This document shows positions 1-7,690 of a stretch of DNA of 44,086 bases, one piece after another; within the stretch, counting starts at the first letter, position 1, and the number at the start of each line of letters is the position of its first letter. Source of the stretch: an uncultured archaeon (lineage in GTDB: Archaea > Aenigmatarchaeota > Aenigmatarchaeia > CAZXUR01); contig CAZXUR010000006.1 in NCBI GenBank assembly GCA_964644245.1, positions 1 to 44,086 of the forward strand, in the 5' to 3' direction. A program made the translations under genes and the position numbers. Below the pieces are notes generated by a model. The model did not search any database. It was not told the origin of the DNA and was given only the letters and a program-made list of their open reading frames with translations.

Positions 1-1
1 A

Positions 2-763
2 ATTATAAGAAAGATTAAAGATAGAGATTCGGAAGTACTTGGTAAAATGGAAAAAGAAATGTATGGCGGTGGAGAGAAATTCTATCAACCATTAAAAGAA
101 TTCTTAAAGGACTATGCCCAGAAAGATCTAGAGAAAATACCTTACGGAGTTTATAGTGGACTGAAGAAAAATAAAATTTCTGGTATCTTTTTTTATCATA
201 AATACTTAGATGATTTTCATTTTTGGTATTTGTATGATGTAGATAATGATTCAATTATAACTAACAAAACTGAAATAATTGATTTTATATCCTGTAGAGA
301 AAATAAAAAAAGAAATATACCAAATTTCTTTGAAAGGGTATATAAAATAAATAAAGAGATAGTAAAAGAAATTGAAAAAACTTATAAAGAGCTCGAATTG
401 AGCCAGAAACAGGACTCAAGAGGAAAAGAGTTAAGTAAAAGTCGTGGTACAGTATTTGTAAATAAAATGATTGAAGATATAGAAGAGAGAATAGAATCAT
501 ATTTAGAAGATTTTCCAAACGACGATTCAATAGAGAAAGAATGGGAAAAAGTAGAGGATAAACTCTTATATGTGCCTCACACCAAAAAAAGATTACAAAA
601 ACTAAGAAAATTATGGAAAAAATATAAAAAAGATGAGGATTGGAAAAAATTAATGGAAGAAATAAGTAAATTTATGGAAGGGAAAGAACCTATAAAAAAG
701 AAGGAAATAAAACCGTTCAACAAAGAGTCATTGAAATTAATAACAATAGATTTCATTTCGTGA
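2..763 (+). CDS. hypothetical Lys/Glu-rich protein; 3' part of an ORF open to the left window edge
   Basis: The frame of the 47..763 ORF has no stop codon back to nt 2, so the gene is probably 5'-truncated by the window. No catalytic motif recognised. It ends 4 nt before 768..980. Confidence 0.5.
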   Translation: MIRKIKDRDSEVLGKMEKEMYGGGEKFYQPLKEFLKDYAQKDLEKIPYGVYSGLKKNKISGIFFYHKYLDDFHFWYLYDVDNDSIITNKTEIIDFISCRENKKRNIPNFFERVYKINKEIVKEIEKTYKELELSQKQDSRGKELSKSRGTVFVNKMIEDIEERIESYLEDFPNDDSIEKEWEKVEDKLLYVPHTKKRLQKLRKLWKKYKKDEDWKKLMEEISKFMEGKEPIKKKEIKPFNKESLKLITIDFIS

Positions 764-767
764 TATT

Positions 768-980
768 ATGGGAATAGCAGCTAAAAAGTTCGCCAAACAG
801 AAAGCAAGAATGTCTGTATTCCGTAAAGGTAAATCCCACCTCGATCAACGAGCCGAACAATTCGGCAAGTACCCAAAATGCAGAGGCCTATTCGAAGATT
901 GCCCTAAGGAAATCAAGGATCCTAAGAACCCACCCAAGGAATGTAGGAGTTGTCCTGAACTGCCTGGGAAGTATAGGTAA
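768..980 (+). CDS. small Cys-containing protein (70 aa); its C-terminus is the only intact in-frame copy of the island repeat
   Basis: ATG ORF. Two Cys pairs (KCRGLFEDC and ECRSC). Ends KNPPKECRSCPELPGKYR-stop. The last ~19 codons recur as start-less remnants five more times downstream. Confidence 0.55.
   Translation: MGIAAKKFAKQKARMSVFRKGKSHLDQRAEQFGKYPKCRGLFEDCPKEIKDPKNPPKECRSCPELPGKYR
924..980 (+). repeat. gene-end repeat copy 1 (in frame, end of 768..980): KNPPKECRSCPELPGKYR-stop
   Basis: aagaacccacccaaggaatgtaggagttgtcctgaactgcctgggaagtataggtaa. Confidence 0.9.
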
Positions 981-992
981 TTCTAAAAGAGA

Positions 993-1748
993 CTAAATTA
1001 TGGGAATCTGTGATAAAACGTTTGTATGAAGTAAGTAGAGAACGATCATAACTGCAAACGTTAAAACTGTTTTTGAATCTCTGCCCAATCTTTTAGAAGT
1101 TAACAAATCTGCCCATGTTAGAATAATCAAGAGAATGGTCAGAACGGCTATAACATAAGTAATTTTGTACATAGCATCGGTAAGAGTTAACATTCCTGCT
1201 TGTTGCATATTTGAAACACTAATCCATTGTTCGATTTTATCTCTCCATTCACCCTCCCATTTAGGTGTTGCTTCAAAATATCTTTTATAAATGTCGGAAT
1301 CCTGTTTTACTGATTCCTGACTGCAATCCAAAAATTCCAGCGGACTTGAAGAAGTTATTTGTATCTTGTAAGAACCTACAACATCAAAATCATATCTACT
1401 CTTCCAGTCAGGTCTAAGTCCTCTTTCGTATTTCGGAAAATAATAGTTTGATGCCCTGGGCTCGAGAAAAATATTATACGTCTTATTTTCTCCGATTGTC
1501 TCTCTATCTGGATTGAAAACTATGACGGTTATGGTGTTATTAATTGGTGTATCACCGAGATTAGTAAGAGTGATATTATAGTAAAACCAACCCCCAACAA
1601 AAAACTCCTTTTCACTAGTTCCAGAGATAACATCCAAGTCAATCTCAACACAATTATTACACCTCAAGCCTTGTTCAAGGCACGTATATTCTGCGAACGC
1701 CAAGCTAGGAAAAACAAGTAGGAATAATAAAATCAAAAACTTCTTCAT
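993..1748 (-). CDS. secreted / membrane-anchored protein (251 aa)
   Basis: N-terminal signal peptide MKKFLILLFLLVFPSLAFA. Two C-terminal hydrophobic helices. TATA-like gtttaaata lies between it and 1807..2112. Confidence 0.7.
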   Translation of the reverse strand: MKKFLILLFLLVFPSLAFAEYTCLEQGLRCNNCVEIDLDVISGTSEKEFFVGGWFYYNITLTNLGDTPINNTITVIVFNPDRETIGENKTYNIFLEPRASNYYFPKYERGLRPDWKSRYDFDVVGSYKIQITSSSPLEFLDCSQESVKQDSDIYKRYFEATPKWEGEWRDKIEQWISVSNMQQAGMLTLTDAMYKITYVIAVLTILLIILTWADLLTSKRLGRDSKTVLTFAVMIVLYLLHTNVLSQIPII

Positions 1749-1806
1749 GTATTAGAATGGGGGATCTAAAGTTTAAATATCTAATGGAAACTATATATTT
1801 CAGAAG

Positions 1807-2112
1807 TTACTTCACCCTCTTCCTTTTGAAAATAACATCCGCGACGGTCCTACCGTAAGACTTTCCTTTGGGTCTTATCGTAACAGTCTTCCCCCGTAGT
1901 CTGAAAAGCCTCTTCTTAACTAATCCGTAACCTCTTTCAGGAGCATCCATCCCAGCCATTCTGATAAACTGAGATCCTGCTACCCTCCTTCTAACCTTGA
2001 AGGTATCTCCATCTACTATACTTTGGACTTTTCTTCTAACAGACTTCCTTCTACGTTTAAGGGCAGCTATACTCAAAATAACATGGAAAACCGCATAAAC
2101 ATGTCGGTTCAC
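1807..2112 (-). CDS. small staphylococcal-nuclease (SNase/thermonuclease)-like protein with N-terminal hydrophobic segment
   Basis: VDGDTFKV, IRMAGMDAPE and SYGRTVADV match the SNase Ca-binding and catalytic motifs. At 101 aa it is shorter than typical SNase. Confidence 0.6.
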   Translation of the reverse strand: MNRHVYAVFHVILSIAALKRRRKSVRRKVQSIVDGDTFKVRRRVAGSQFIRMAGMDAPERGYGLVKKRLFRLRGKTVTIRPKGKSYGRTVADVIFKRKRVK

Positions 2113-2163
2113 GATTCGGCAGATGTCGTTAGAAATTAAAATTTCGGAGTAAATGCTGTAGAT

Positions 2164-2403
2164 ATGGGTATAAGAGACTTGCCGACTGTGATTATTGGCC
2201 TAGTAATAGTAGTTCTTGCTCTCGGATTTGGAACACGTATTTTGACTGAAATCGAGGAGACAAACGGTGAAGAAGTTCAAAATGTAACTCAGGGAGGCAT
2301 AAATACATTGAAGATATTTACACAATCCCCAGATACAATAATACTTGTATTCATTATCATAATAACAATTCTCGGTGGGTTGAAATATTTTGGAAAAATC
2401 TAA
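2164..2403 (+). CDS. small two-helix membrane protein (79 aa)
   Basis: Two hydrophobic stretches flank an acidic loop. AT-rich TATA-like tract gaaattaaaattt lies upstream. Confidence 0.5.
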   Translation: MGIRDLPTVIIGLVIVVLALGFGTRILTEIEETNGEEVQNVTQGGINTLKIFTQSPDTIILVFIIIITILGGLKYFGKI

Positions 2404-2417
2404 ATCTTCAAGACCTC

Positions 2418-2474
2418 AAGAACCCTCCTAAAGAATGCAGGAGTTGTCCTGAACTGCCTAAGAAGTATGGGTAA
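2418..2474 (+). repeat. gene-end repeat copy 2 (no start codon): KNPPKECRSCPELPKKYG-stop
   Basis: aagaaccctcctaaagaatgcaggagttgtcctgaactgcctaagaagtatgggtaa. Similarity to copy 1 extends back to about 2403, directly after the stop of 2164..2403. It is in a different frame from that ORF. Confidence 0.9.
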
Positions 2475-2547
2475 GTTTACCGGAAATAGCGGCAATGTGC
2501 ACTCGAAGAGTTTTAAAGTCTGAATCACTATAATGTACTAGGTAGAT

Positions 2548-3705
2548 ATGAGTATACAAAAGACTCTCATGCCCGATTCAAAGGCAGTCAGAGAGATAGG
2601 CGGTAAAAAAATTAATTTTCGAGAGGGAGTTTTCTGGATACAGAAACAGAGGCAGAAACATAGTCTCCATTACGTAACACCTTACCAGGCAAGTTTTGCA
2701 CCACAGATTCCTGAATTTTTCATCAGAAGATACTCGAGTCCAGGAGACATGGTTTTGGATCCTTTCTGTGGCAGGGGAACGGCAGTCCTGGAAGCAAACC
2801 AAAGCGATAGGACGGGTATAGGTATTGATGTATCACCTCTTGCTATAGAGATCGCTAAGGCAAAGTTAAGAAATGTTGAAATCGAAGAAGTAAAAAGAAG
2901 GTTGAAAGAAATAGATTTCTCAAAAGAAAAGAAAGAAGGATTCAAAAGATTCGAAGATATTTACCATCCTAAAACATACTCTCAGATAGTAAATCTAAAA
3001 GAACAGCTAAAGGTCGATAAAATAGATAATTTGATAAGGGCCGTTGTGTTGGGCAGGCTTCATGGGCATTCCCCGGGATTTTTTTCTGTATTCACATTCA
3101 ATGTGATCAGTCCTTCGCCTAAATCAATTAAGAAACAAAGCAAAAAACATGGAAGTAAGCCTGAGTTTAGGGACGTTGTACCAAGAATTTTAAAAAAGGC
3201 CAAAACTGTCCTTAAAGACAAAGTAAAAGAACAGAAAAAATCAAAAATATATAGAAAAGATTCCAGGAATCTTCCTCTAGATAGAAATTCCATTGACTTC
3301 ATAATAACCTCACCCCCGTTTCTTGACACAGTAAACTATATAGATGATAACTGGATCAGACTGTGGTTTTTAGATGTTGACATAGACAAACTAAGAAAAG
3401 AAATAGTTCAAACGAGTGATTTGAAGAAATATAAAAAATTCGTCATGAAAAGTATGAAAGAAATGAATAGAGTGCTGAAACCTGGTAAAAACTGTGTCAT
3501 AGAAGTTGGTGACGTGACACATAAGTCTAAGAAGCTCAATCTGGATGAAGTTGTAGTAAAATTGGCCGAAAAATCTGGATTTTCTGTGGAGGAGATACTA
3601 ATCAACTATATGTCTTCACCTAAAATATCAAAAGCCTTTGGAAAAGATTCTAAAGATGTGGGTACACAGACCAATCGTTGTGTAATCCTAAGGAAACCTT
3701 TATAA
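2548..3705 (+). CDS. SAM-dependent amino-methyltransferase, probably DNA N4-cytosine/N6-adenine type
   Basis: AdoMet motif VLDPFCGRGTAVLEA near the N-terminus and catalytic motif IV IITSPPF about 180 aa later (motif I before IV, long intervening region). TATA ttttaaag at ~2511. Confidence 0.75.
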   Translation: MSIQKTLMPDSKAVREIGGKKINFREGVFWIQKQRQKHSLHYVTPYQASFAPQIPEFFIRRYSSPGDMVLDPFCGRGTAVLEANQSDRTGIGIDVSPLAIEIAKAKLRNVEIEEVKRRLKEIDFSKEKKEGFKRFEDIYHPKTYSQIVNLKEQLKVDKIDNLIRAVVLGRLHGHSPGFFSVFTFNVISPSPKSIKKQSKKHGSKPEFRDVVPRILKKAKTVLKDKVKEQKKSKIYRKDSRNLPLDRNSIDFIITSPPFLDTVNYIDDNWIRLWFLDVDIDKLRKEIVQTSDLKKYKKFVMKSMKEMNRVLKPGKNCVIEVGDVTHKSKKLNLDEVVVKLAEKSGFSVEEILINYMSSPKISKAFGKDSKDVGTQTNRCVILRKPL

Positions 3706-3728
3706 GAATTATTCTCTGAATAACAGTC

Positions 3729-4361
3729 ATGACAAAAAAGGTTGAATTAAAAATACGTGACCCTAAGAACATATACCATGAAGTTGCTTTAGCACTAGCA
3801 CCCCATAGAAAGAAGAAGGAAGGCTCGATAGAATTCATTGTAGAAGGAAGCATAAAAAATCCAATAATAGGGATAAGGTACCCAGGAAAAAAGTTAGTGA
3901 AGAGGGAATTGAAGGTTAAAAGAAAAAATTCAGCTGAATGGGGAAATTTATATGATTTCTATGTAGTTCCGTATGTTGATGGTAAAGAAGAGAAAAAGGA
4001 AGACTTTACTTTTGAAAAAATATTAAAAGACTACGAAAAGAATAAAAGAAAAAGTGAAAAGTTTTGGAAATGTGTTGAAGAAATATATAAAGAAAATGTA
4101 CTCACAAGCAAACCTCCAAAGTTGCCTGGTATAGACTCAAAGTTGTTTCTGCTTGTATTGAAATGGCTGTGGATAGAAGAAGATTTCAATTATAAATATA
4201 ACTGGAAAGACGTAGAATCTCCGGTTAGGTATGTCTTGATAAGTAGAACTGATAATTTGATGAGTAAAGGTGCCGGAAGGGCAAAGTTTTTTTCTGCTAT
4301 GATTTTATTGAGATATGGGTTTACGTTTGATGAAGTAAAAAAAATAATTCCTTTATATTAA
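3729..4361 (+). CDS. hypothetical Lys-rich protein (210 aa); candidate partner (restriction endonuclease?) of the methyltransferase
   Basis: Starts 23 nt after the MTase stop on the same strand. No motif recognised. The function is suggested only by adjacency. Confidence 0.5.
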   Translation: MTKKVELKIRDPKNIYHEVALALAPHRKKKEGSIEFIVEGSIKNPIIGIRYPGKKLVKRELKVKRKNSAEWGNLYDFYVVPYVDGKEEKKEDFTFEKILKDYEKNKRKSEKFWKCVEEIYKENVLTSKPPKLPGIDSKLFLLVLKWLWIEEDFNYKYNWKDVESPVRYVLISRTDNLMSKGAGRAKFFSAMILLRYGFTFDEVKKIIPLY

Positions 4362-4408
4362 ACCCAGAGTGCAAAACGTGTCCGGAACTGCCGGGGAAGT
4401 ATAGGTAA
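4361..4408 (+). repeat. gene-end repeat copy 3 (no start codon): NPECKTCPELPGKYR-stop
   Basis: aacccagagtgcaaaacgtgtccggaactgccggggaagtataggtaa. Begins at the stop of 3729..4361, in the -1 frame relative to it. Confidence 0.9.
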
Positions 4409-4447
4409 CTGTTCTAATCAGTCTCCAAAAGAAAGAGTGGAAAATAA

Positions 4448-4906
4448 TCAGGCCTTCACAACGATTGTGTGGGCCAGCATGTCTCCGAGCCTCTGATTCT
4501 TTTTTGAAAACCATATCAACAAAACACCGATGAGATATAGGAGTTGGCCATCGATAATCCTCAGGAGATTCCTGATGAAGGCGTGCCACACGGATGGAGG
4601 GCCTTTCGCGTCTTCAGTCACGACCCTTATGCCTAACATCTTCTTTCCTGGGGTCTGGCCTGTCTTGCTCTCAAAGTATGTGAAATAGCCCCAAAACAAA
4701 AACAAAAACATCAGTGGTGTTATAAAAACAACGATAAATTCTTTGATTAATGTTACATTGGCTGAGCTTAGCAACAGCGTGGTAAAAAATGCTGTAAAGA
4801 AAATCGCGGTTATAACAAAACCAAGTATGAGAGCGAATATTATCATCATGTCGACTAAGAACGCTATGGCTCTGCTTCTGATTCTAGCATGTCTTATCTT
4901 TACCAC
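4448..4906 (-). CDS. RDD-family membrane protein
   Basis: Three hydrophobic helices plus ESKTGQTPGKKMLGIRVV and a C-terminal RLGD motif typical of RDD domains. Confidence 0.7.
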   Translation of the reverse strand: MVKIRHARIRSRAIAFLVDMMIIFALILGFVITAIFFTAFFTTLLLSSANVTLIKEFIVVFITPLMFLFLFWGYFTYFESKTGQTPGKKMLGIRVVTEDAKGPPSVWHAFIRNLLRIIDGQLLYLIGVLLIWFSKKNQRLGDMLAHTIVVKA

Positions 4907-4933
4907 ATTAGTAATTGTAAATTCTATATAAAT

Positions 4934-4966
4934 AGATGTCCTGAACTGCCTAAGAGGTATAGGTAA
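4934..4966 (+). repeat. gene-end repeat copy 4 (shortest): RCPELPKRYR-stop
   Basis: agatgtcctgaactgcctaagaggtataggtaa. It follows a minus-strand gene, so it cannot be the tail of the neighbouring ORF. Confidence 0.85.
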
Positions 4967-5102
4967 CTATGTCATGAGATATCGTTGTGTTTTCTCTTCA
5001 ATTCTCTCCATTTCTTTTCATCCAATATCATACATCATCTAAAACAATTTTGTATTCAAGGCACATATCTGTCTGCCACTCCCAGTAGTGGTGAAGGATA
5101 TA

Positions 5103-5114
5103 TTTATATAAATA
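5103..5114 (+). promoter_or_regulatory. TATA box of the precursor / radical-SAM / protease operon
   Basis: tttatataaata is centred ~26 nt upstream of the ATG at 5134 (leaderless-type spacing). A short hairpin ccact-cccagt-agtgg lies just upstream. Confidence 0.5.
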
Positions 5115-5133
5115 TAACTACGTTATCTGATGT

Positions 5134-5301
5134 ATGTCTAAGGCTTTGATCAAGCAGGAAGAGTTGGGGAGTCTGACTGAGATACAGAGAGAAGTAGTCG
5201 AAAGTGGGTTGGTAAAGAATAACAACGATTACACCGACATAAGCTGTTATAGCGATTACAGTAACTGGGGACAGTACAGCGACTACAGAGGCAATAAATA
5301 A
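5134..5301 (+). CDS. candidate RiPP precursor peptide (55 aa)
   Basis: Below the ORF-track cutoff; translated by hand as MSKALIKQEELGSLTEIQREVVESGLVKNNNDYTDISCYSDYSNWGQYSDYRGNK. TATA box upstream. The stop is 12 nt before the radical SAM start. Charged leader-like N-terminal half and aromatic-rich repetitive C-terminal half. Confidence 0.55.
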   Translation: MSKALIKQEELGSLTEIQREVVESGLVKNNNDYTDISCYSDYSNWGQYSDYRGNK

Positions 5302-5313
5302 AAAGTCAGACTT

Positions 5314-6402
5314 ATGCTAACTTGTATATTGAAGGTTACGGAAGATTGTAATCTCTCCTGCAAATACTGTTATGTTCCCGAAAACTCTCCCAAAGGAATA
5401 TTATCTTCCGAAACTCTTGAAGAAAGCCTAAAACAGGTCCTAAGAACTGAAGACGAGAGAGTTGACTTTATATGGCACGGAGGTGAACCGCTTCTTTCTG
5501 GTGCTGAACTTTATTTGGATGGAATGGAATATATGGAAGAATACAATGAAAATGATGCCATAATAAAAAATAAAATTCAAACCAATGGGACCCTCATAAA
5601 AGACGAACATGTTGATCTATTTGAGGACTACGATTTTGGTGTGGGCATAAGCCTTGACGGGCCAAAAGAAATTCAGGATTATCAAAGAATTCATCCCAAT
5701 GGCCGCGGTTCTTATGAGGAAGTGATGAACGGGATAAATAAACTTAAAGAAAGAGAAGTGGACTTTGGGATATTATCGGTCTTAACAAGAAAAGGTCTTG
5801 GAAAAGAAAAGGAAATATATGAAGAAATTAAATCACACACAGACCACGGAAAATTGAATTTCTTTCTTCCCGAAGGGCATGGAAGAAAATACGAAGACAG
5901 ACTCGGAATAGACAACAAAGATTTTTTCAAACTTTTTAGAAATTTTTATGAGTTGTGGAAAAATGAAGAAAATACTGACTTTCGTTTGAGTCCACTAGTG
6001 GAGATAGTCACCAGTTTTGTTTCTGAAAATAACGATAGAAAAAATTCTCTTTGTGCCTTTAACAATTCATGCCTCAGTAACGGATATATTTCTGTAAGTC
6101 CTCACGGCGATGTTTATCCTTGTGGGAGAGTCAGCGGGATTGAAAGGTATAAGCTCGGGAATGTTAACGAGAAAGAAAATTTGATAGAAAGAATAAGAAG
6201 AGAAGATTTGCCAGAAATGAATAGAAAAAGGAACGACTCAATAGAATCCTCCTGCGGTGATTGTAATTATCTAGAAATTTGTTATGGTGGCTGTGCCCAT
6301 GACTCCCAATACGAATATGAAGATTTAATTCACAGCACCCCTTACTGCAAAGGGAGAAAAGACTTGTTTAGACACATAGAGGGGGATATGAGAAGTGACT
6401 AA
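5314..6402 (+). CDS. radical SAM enzyme with full SPASM domain (peptide-modifying maturase type)
   Basis: CNLSCKYC (CxxxCxxC) at residues 12-19. GGEPLL. C-terminal SPASM pattern C-x11-G-x4-C followed by CGDCNYLEICYGGC (Cx2Cx5Cx3C) and a final Cys. No N-terminal RRE-like extension. Confidence 0.9.
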   Translation: MLTCILKVTEDCNLSCKYCYVPENSPKGILSSETLEESLKQVLRTEDERVDFIWHGGEPLLSGAELYLDGMEYMEEYNENDAIIKNKIQTNGTLIKDEHVDLFEDYDFGVGISLDGPKEIQDYQRIHPNGRGSYEEVMNGINKLKEREVDFGILSVLTRKGLGKEKEIYEEIKSHTDHGKLNFFLPEGHGRKYEDRLGIDNKDFFKLFRNFYELWKNEENTDFRLSPLVEIVTSFVSENNDRKNSLCAFNNSCLSNGYISVSPHGDVYPCGRVSGIERYKLGNVNEKENLIERIRREDLPEMNRKRNDSIESSCGDCNYLEICYGGCAHDSQYEYEDLIHSTPYCKGRKDLFRHIEGDMRSD

Positions 6403-6973
6403 CTGGTTAAAAGAGGGTGAACAGACCAAGATAACCCCGAAAATCAAGGAGATAGGTAAGAAACTACAGAAGAAGAGCCAGTATGATGCTCATTTGGTTC
6501 TCAATATTCTGGAATGGGTGAGGAAGAATATTCGCCTGGAAAGAAAAGAGGAAATTAAGAAAAAGTTATTCAGGAAAAGGACTTCTGACAAGATAATTAG
6601 AGATGGTTACGCCACCGGATGCACGGACCTTGCACTCGCATTTATACCCATAGCCAGGTCGTGCGATATACCCACCAAATACGTGGAGACAGTTAACAAA
6701 AAGTGGCTAAAAAAGGCAACGAAAGAGGTAAGCATGATCAAAAAAGGACAAATCAAAGGTCACGTGGTAGCAGAATGCAAAATCGGGAACAAATGGTACG
6801 TAGTGGATGTGGATTCGGGGACTGTGGTTATAAAAATAGAAAATACATCCTTCAATAGAAATTTTGAGGTAGTTGCTGAAGGTTTGGACAGCTGGGATCT
6901 CGGAGTGAAAAGCCTGCAGGATTTGAAAAATTTCTTTCAAAACAAGTTACAGGACGTGTCCGGAACTGCCTAA
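6395..6973 (+). CDS. transglutaminase-like cysteine protease (candidate leader peptidase)
   Basis: Cys-His-Asp core pattern: GYATGCTDLALAFIPIARSCDIP, GHVVAE, WYVVDVD. Overlaps the radical SAM gene by 8 nt. Confidence 0.65.
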   Translation: MTNWLKEGEQTKITPKIKEIGKKLQKKSQYDAHLVLNILEWVRKNIRLERKEEIKKKLFRKRTSDKIIRDGYATGCTDLALAFIPIARSCDIPTKYVETVNKKWLKKATKEVSMIKKGQIKGHVVAECKIGNKWYVVDVDSGTVVIKIENTSFNRNFEVVAEGLDSWDLGVKSLQDLKNFFQNKLQDVSGTA

Positions 6974-6986
6974 GAATTATGGGTAA
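6951..6986 (+). repeat. gene-end repeat copy 5: RTCPELPKNYG-stop
   Basis: aggacgtgtccggaactgcctaagaattatgggtaa. It overlaps the end of 6395..6973, which reads it in another frame (..VSGTA-stop). Confidence 0.9.
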
Positions 6987-6991
6987 AAACA

Positions 6992-7690
6992 TTATTTTTT
7001 AATTTCCTTCAGAATCAGGTCGACGAGTTTTTTCGTATCAGTGAAGTTGGTCATTGGTGTCTTCTCGAGGGCGAAGACACCCTTGAAGGAGCTGATGAAG
7101 TTATCCTTGCGTATGTCTCTCCTGATTTTGAGGAGGTTTGTTCTTAAGACAGTTGTATCTCCTCTCAAGACGTGTTTCACGGTTTTGTCGAAGTCTATCC
7201 CAGAACAGAGGGCGACTATGTCTCTGATATCCGTGAACCTGGCAGCATGCATCTTTACAGCAATCTGAAGTTCCTTCTCTGGTATCCTTACCAGGGCCTT
7301 GTCTTCGATCCCGGTTATCTCCTTTGTTATGGAGTTCTTCCAGAAGTAGCTGAAGCTCCATGAGGCATCCGTGTCCCTCGAGGTCAAGGCGTTTACCATC
7401 AGGTCGACCGTCACAGGGAACTCTGTCTTCGTGGTGTAAGACTCGAACCAGCCCTCGTATTCGCTCTCCAGCTCCCTGAAGTCTTTCTTCACAAAATTCA
7501 CCTTCTTGAGGACTTCCCTGAATTTTGGCATGGACTTGTCCTGGACGACTATGTCAGCATCCACCGAGAACCTGTGTTTGAAGGCTGAGACGGCGTAACC
7601 GCCTACCAAGATGAACTTAAGTTTCTTCTTTTGGAACTGATTGAGGACTCGGAAGATATTGCTCTCCCTGTCTATGAAAGCCTTAAACAT
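6992..7690 (-). CDS. nucleotidyltransferase-fold protein, AbiEii/DUF1814-like (tentative toxin)
   Basis: LVGGYAVSAFKHRFSVDADIVV fits the GG-x13-DxD minimal nucleotidyltransferase signature. 8-nt overlap with the upstream wHTH gene. Confidence 0.55.
   Translation of the reverse strand: MFKAFIDRESNIFRVLNQFQKKKLKFILVGGYAVSAFKHRFSVDADIVVQDKSMPKFREVLKKVNFVKKDFRELESEYEGWFESYTTKTEFPVTVDLMVNALTSRDTDASWSFSYFWKNSITKEITGIEDKALVRIPEKELQIAVKMHAARFTDIRDIVALCSGIDFDKTVKHVLRGDTTVLRTNLLKIRRDIRKDNFISSFKGVFALEKTPMTNFTDTKKLVDLILKEIKK

Noticed and set aside
4743-4931. 62-aa + strand ORF
   Set aside because: It is fully antisense to the RDD membrane protein gene. Its hydrophobic mirror translation is typical of antisense to a membrane protein.
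2392-6986. Programmed frameshifting that would append the CPELPGKYR tail to cassette proteins (slippery A_AAA_AAA at 4337..4343, AAAAA at 2394..2398)
   Set aside because: The required shifts are inconsistent: -1 for copies 2 and 3, +1 for copy 5. Copy 4 follows a minus-strand gene and has no upstream ORF at all. Remnant gene ends are the simpler reading. The heptamer at 4337 remains a curiosity.
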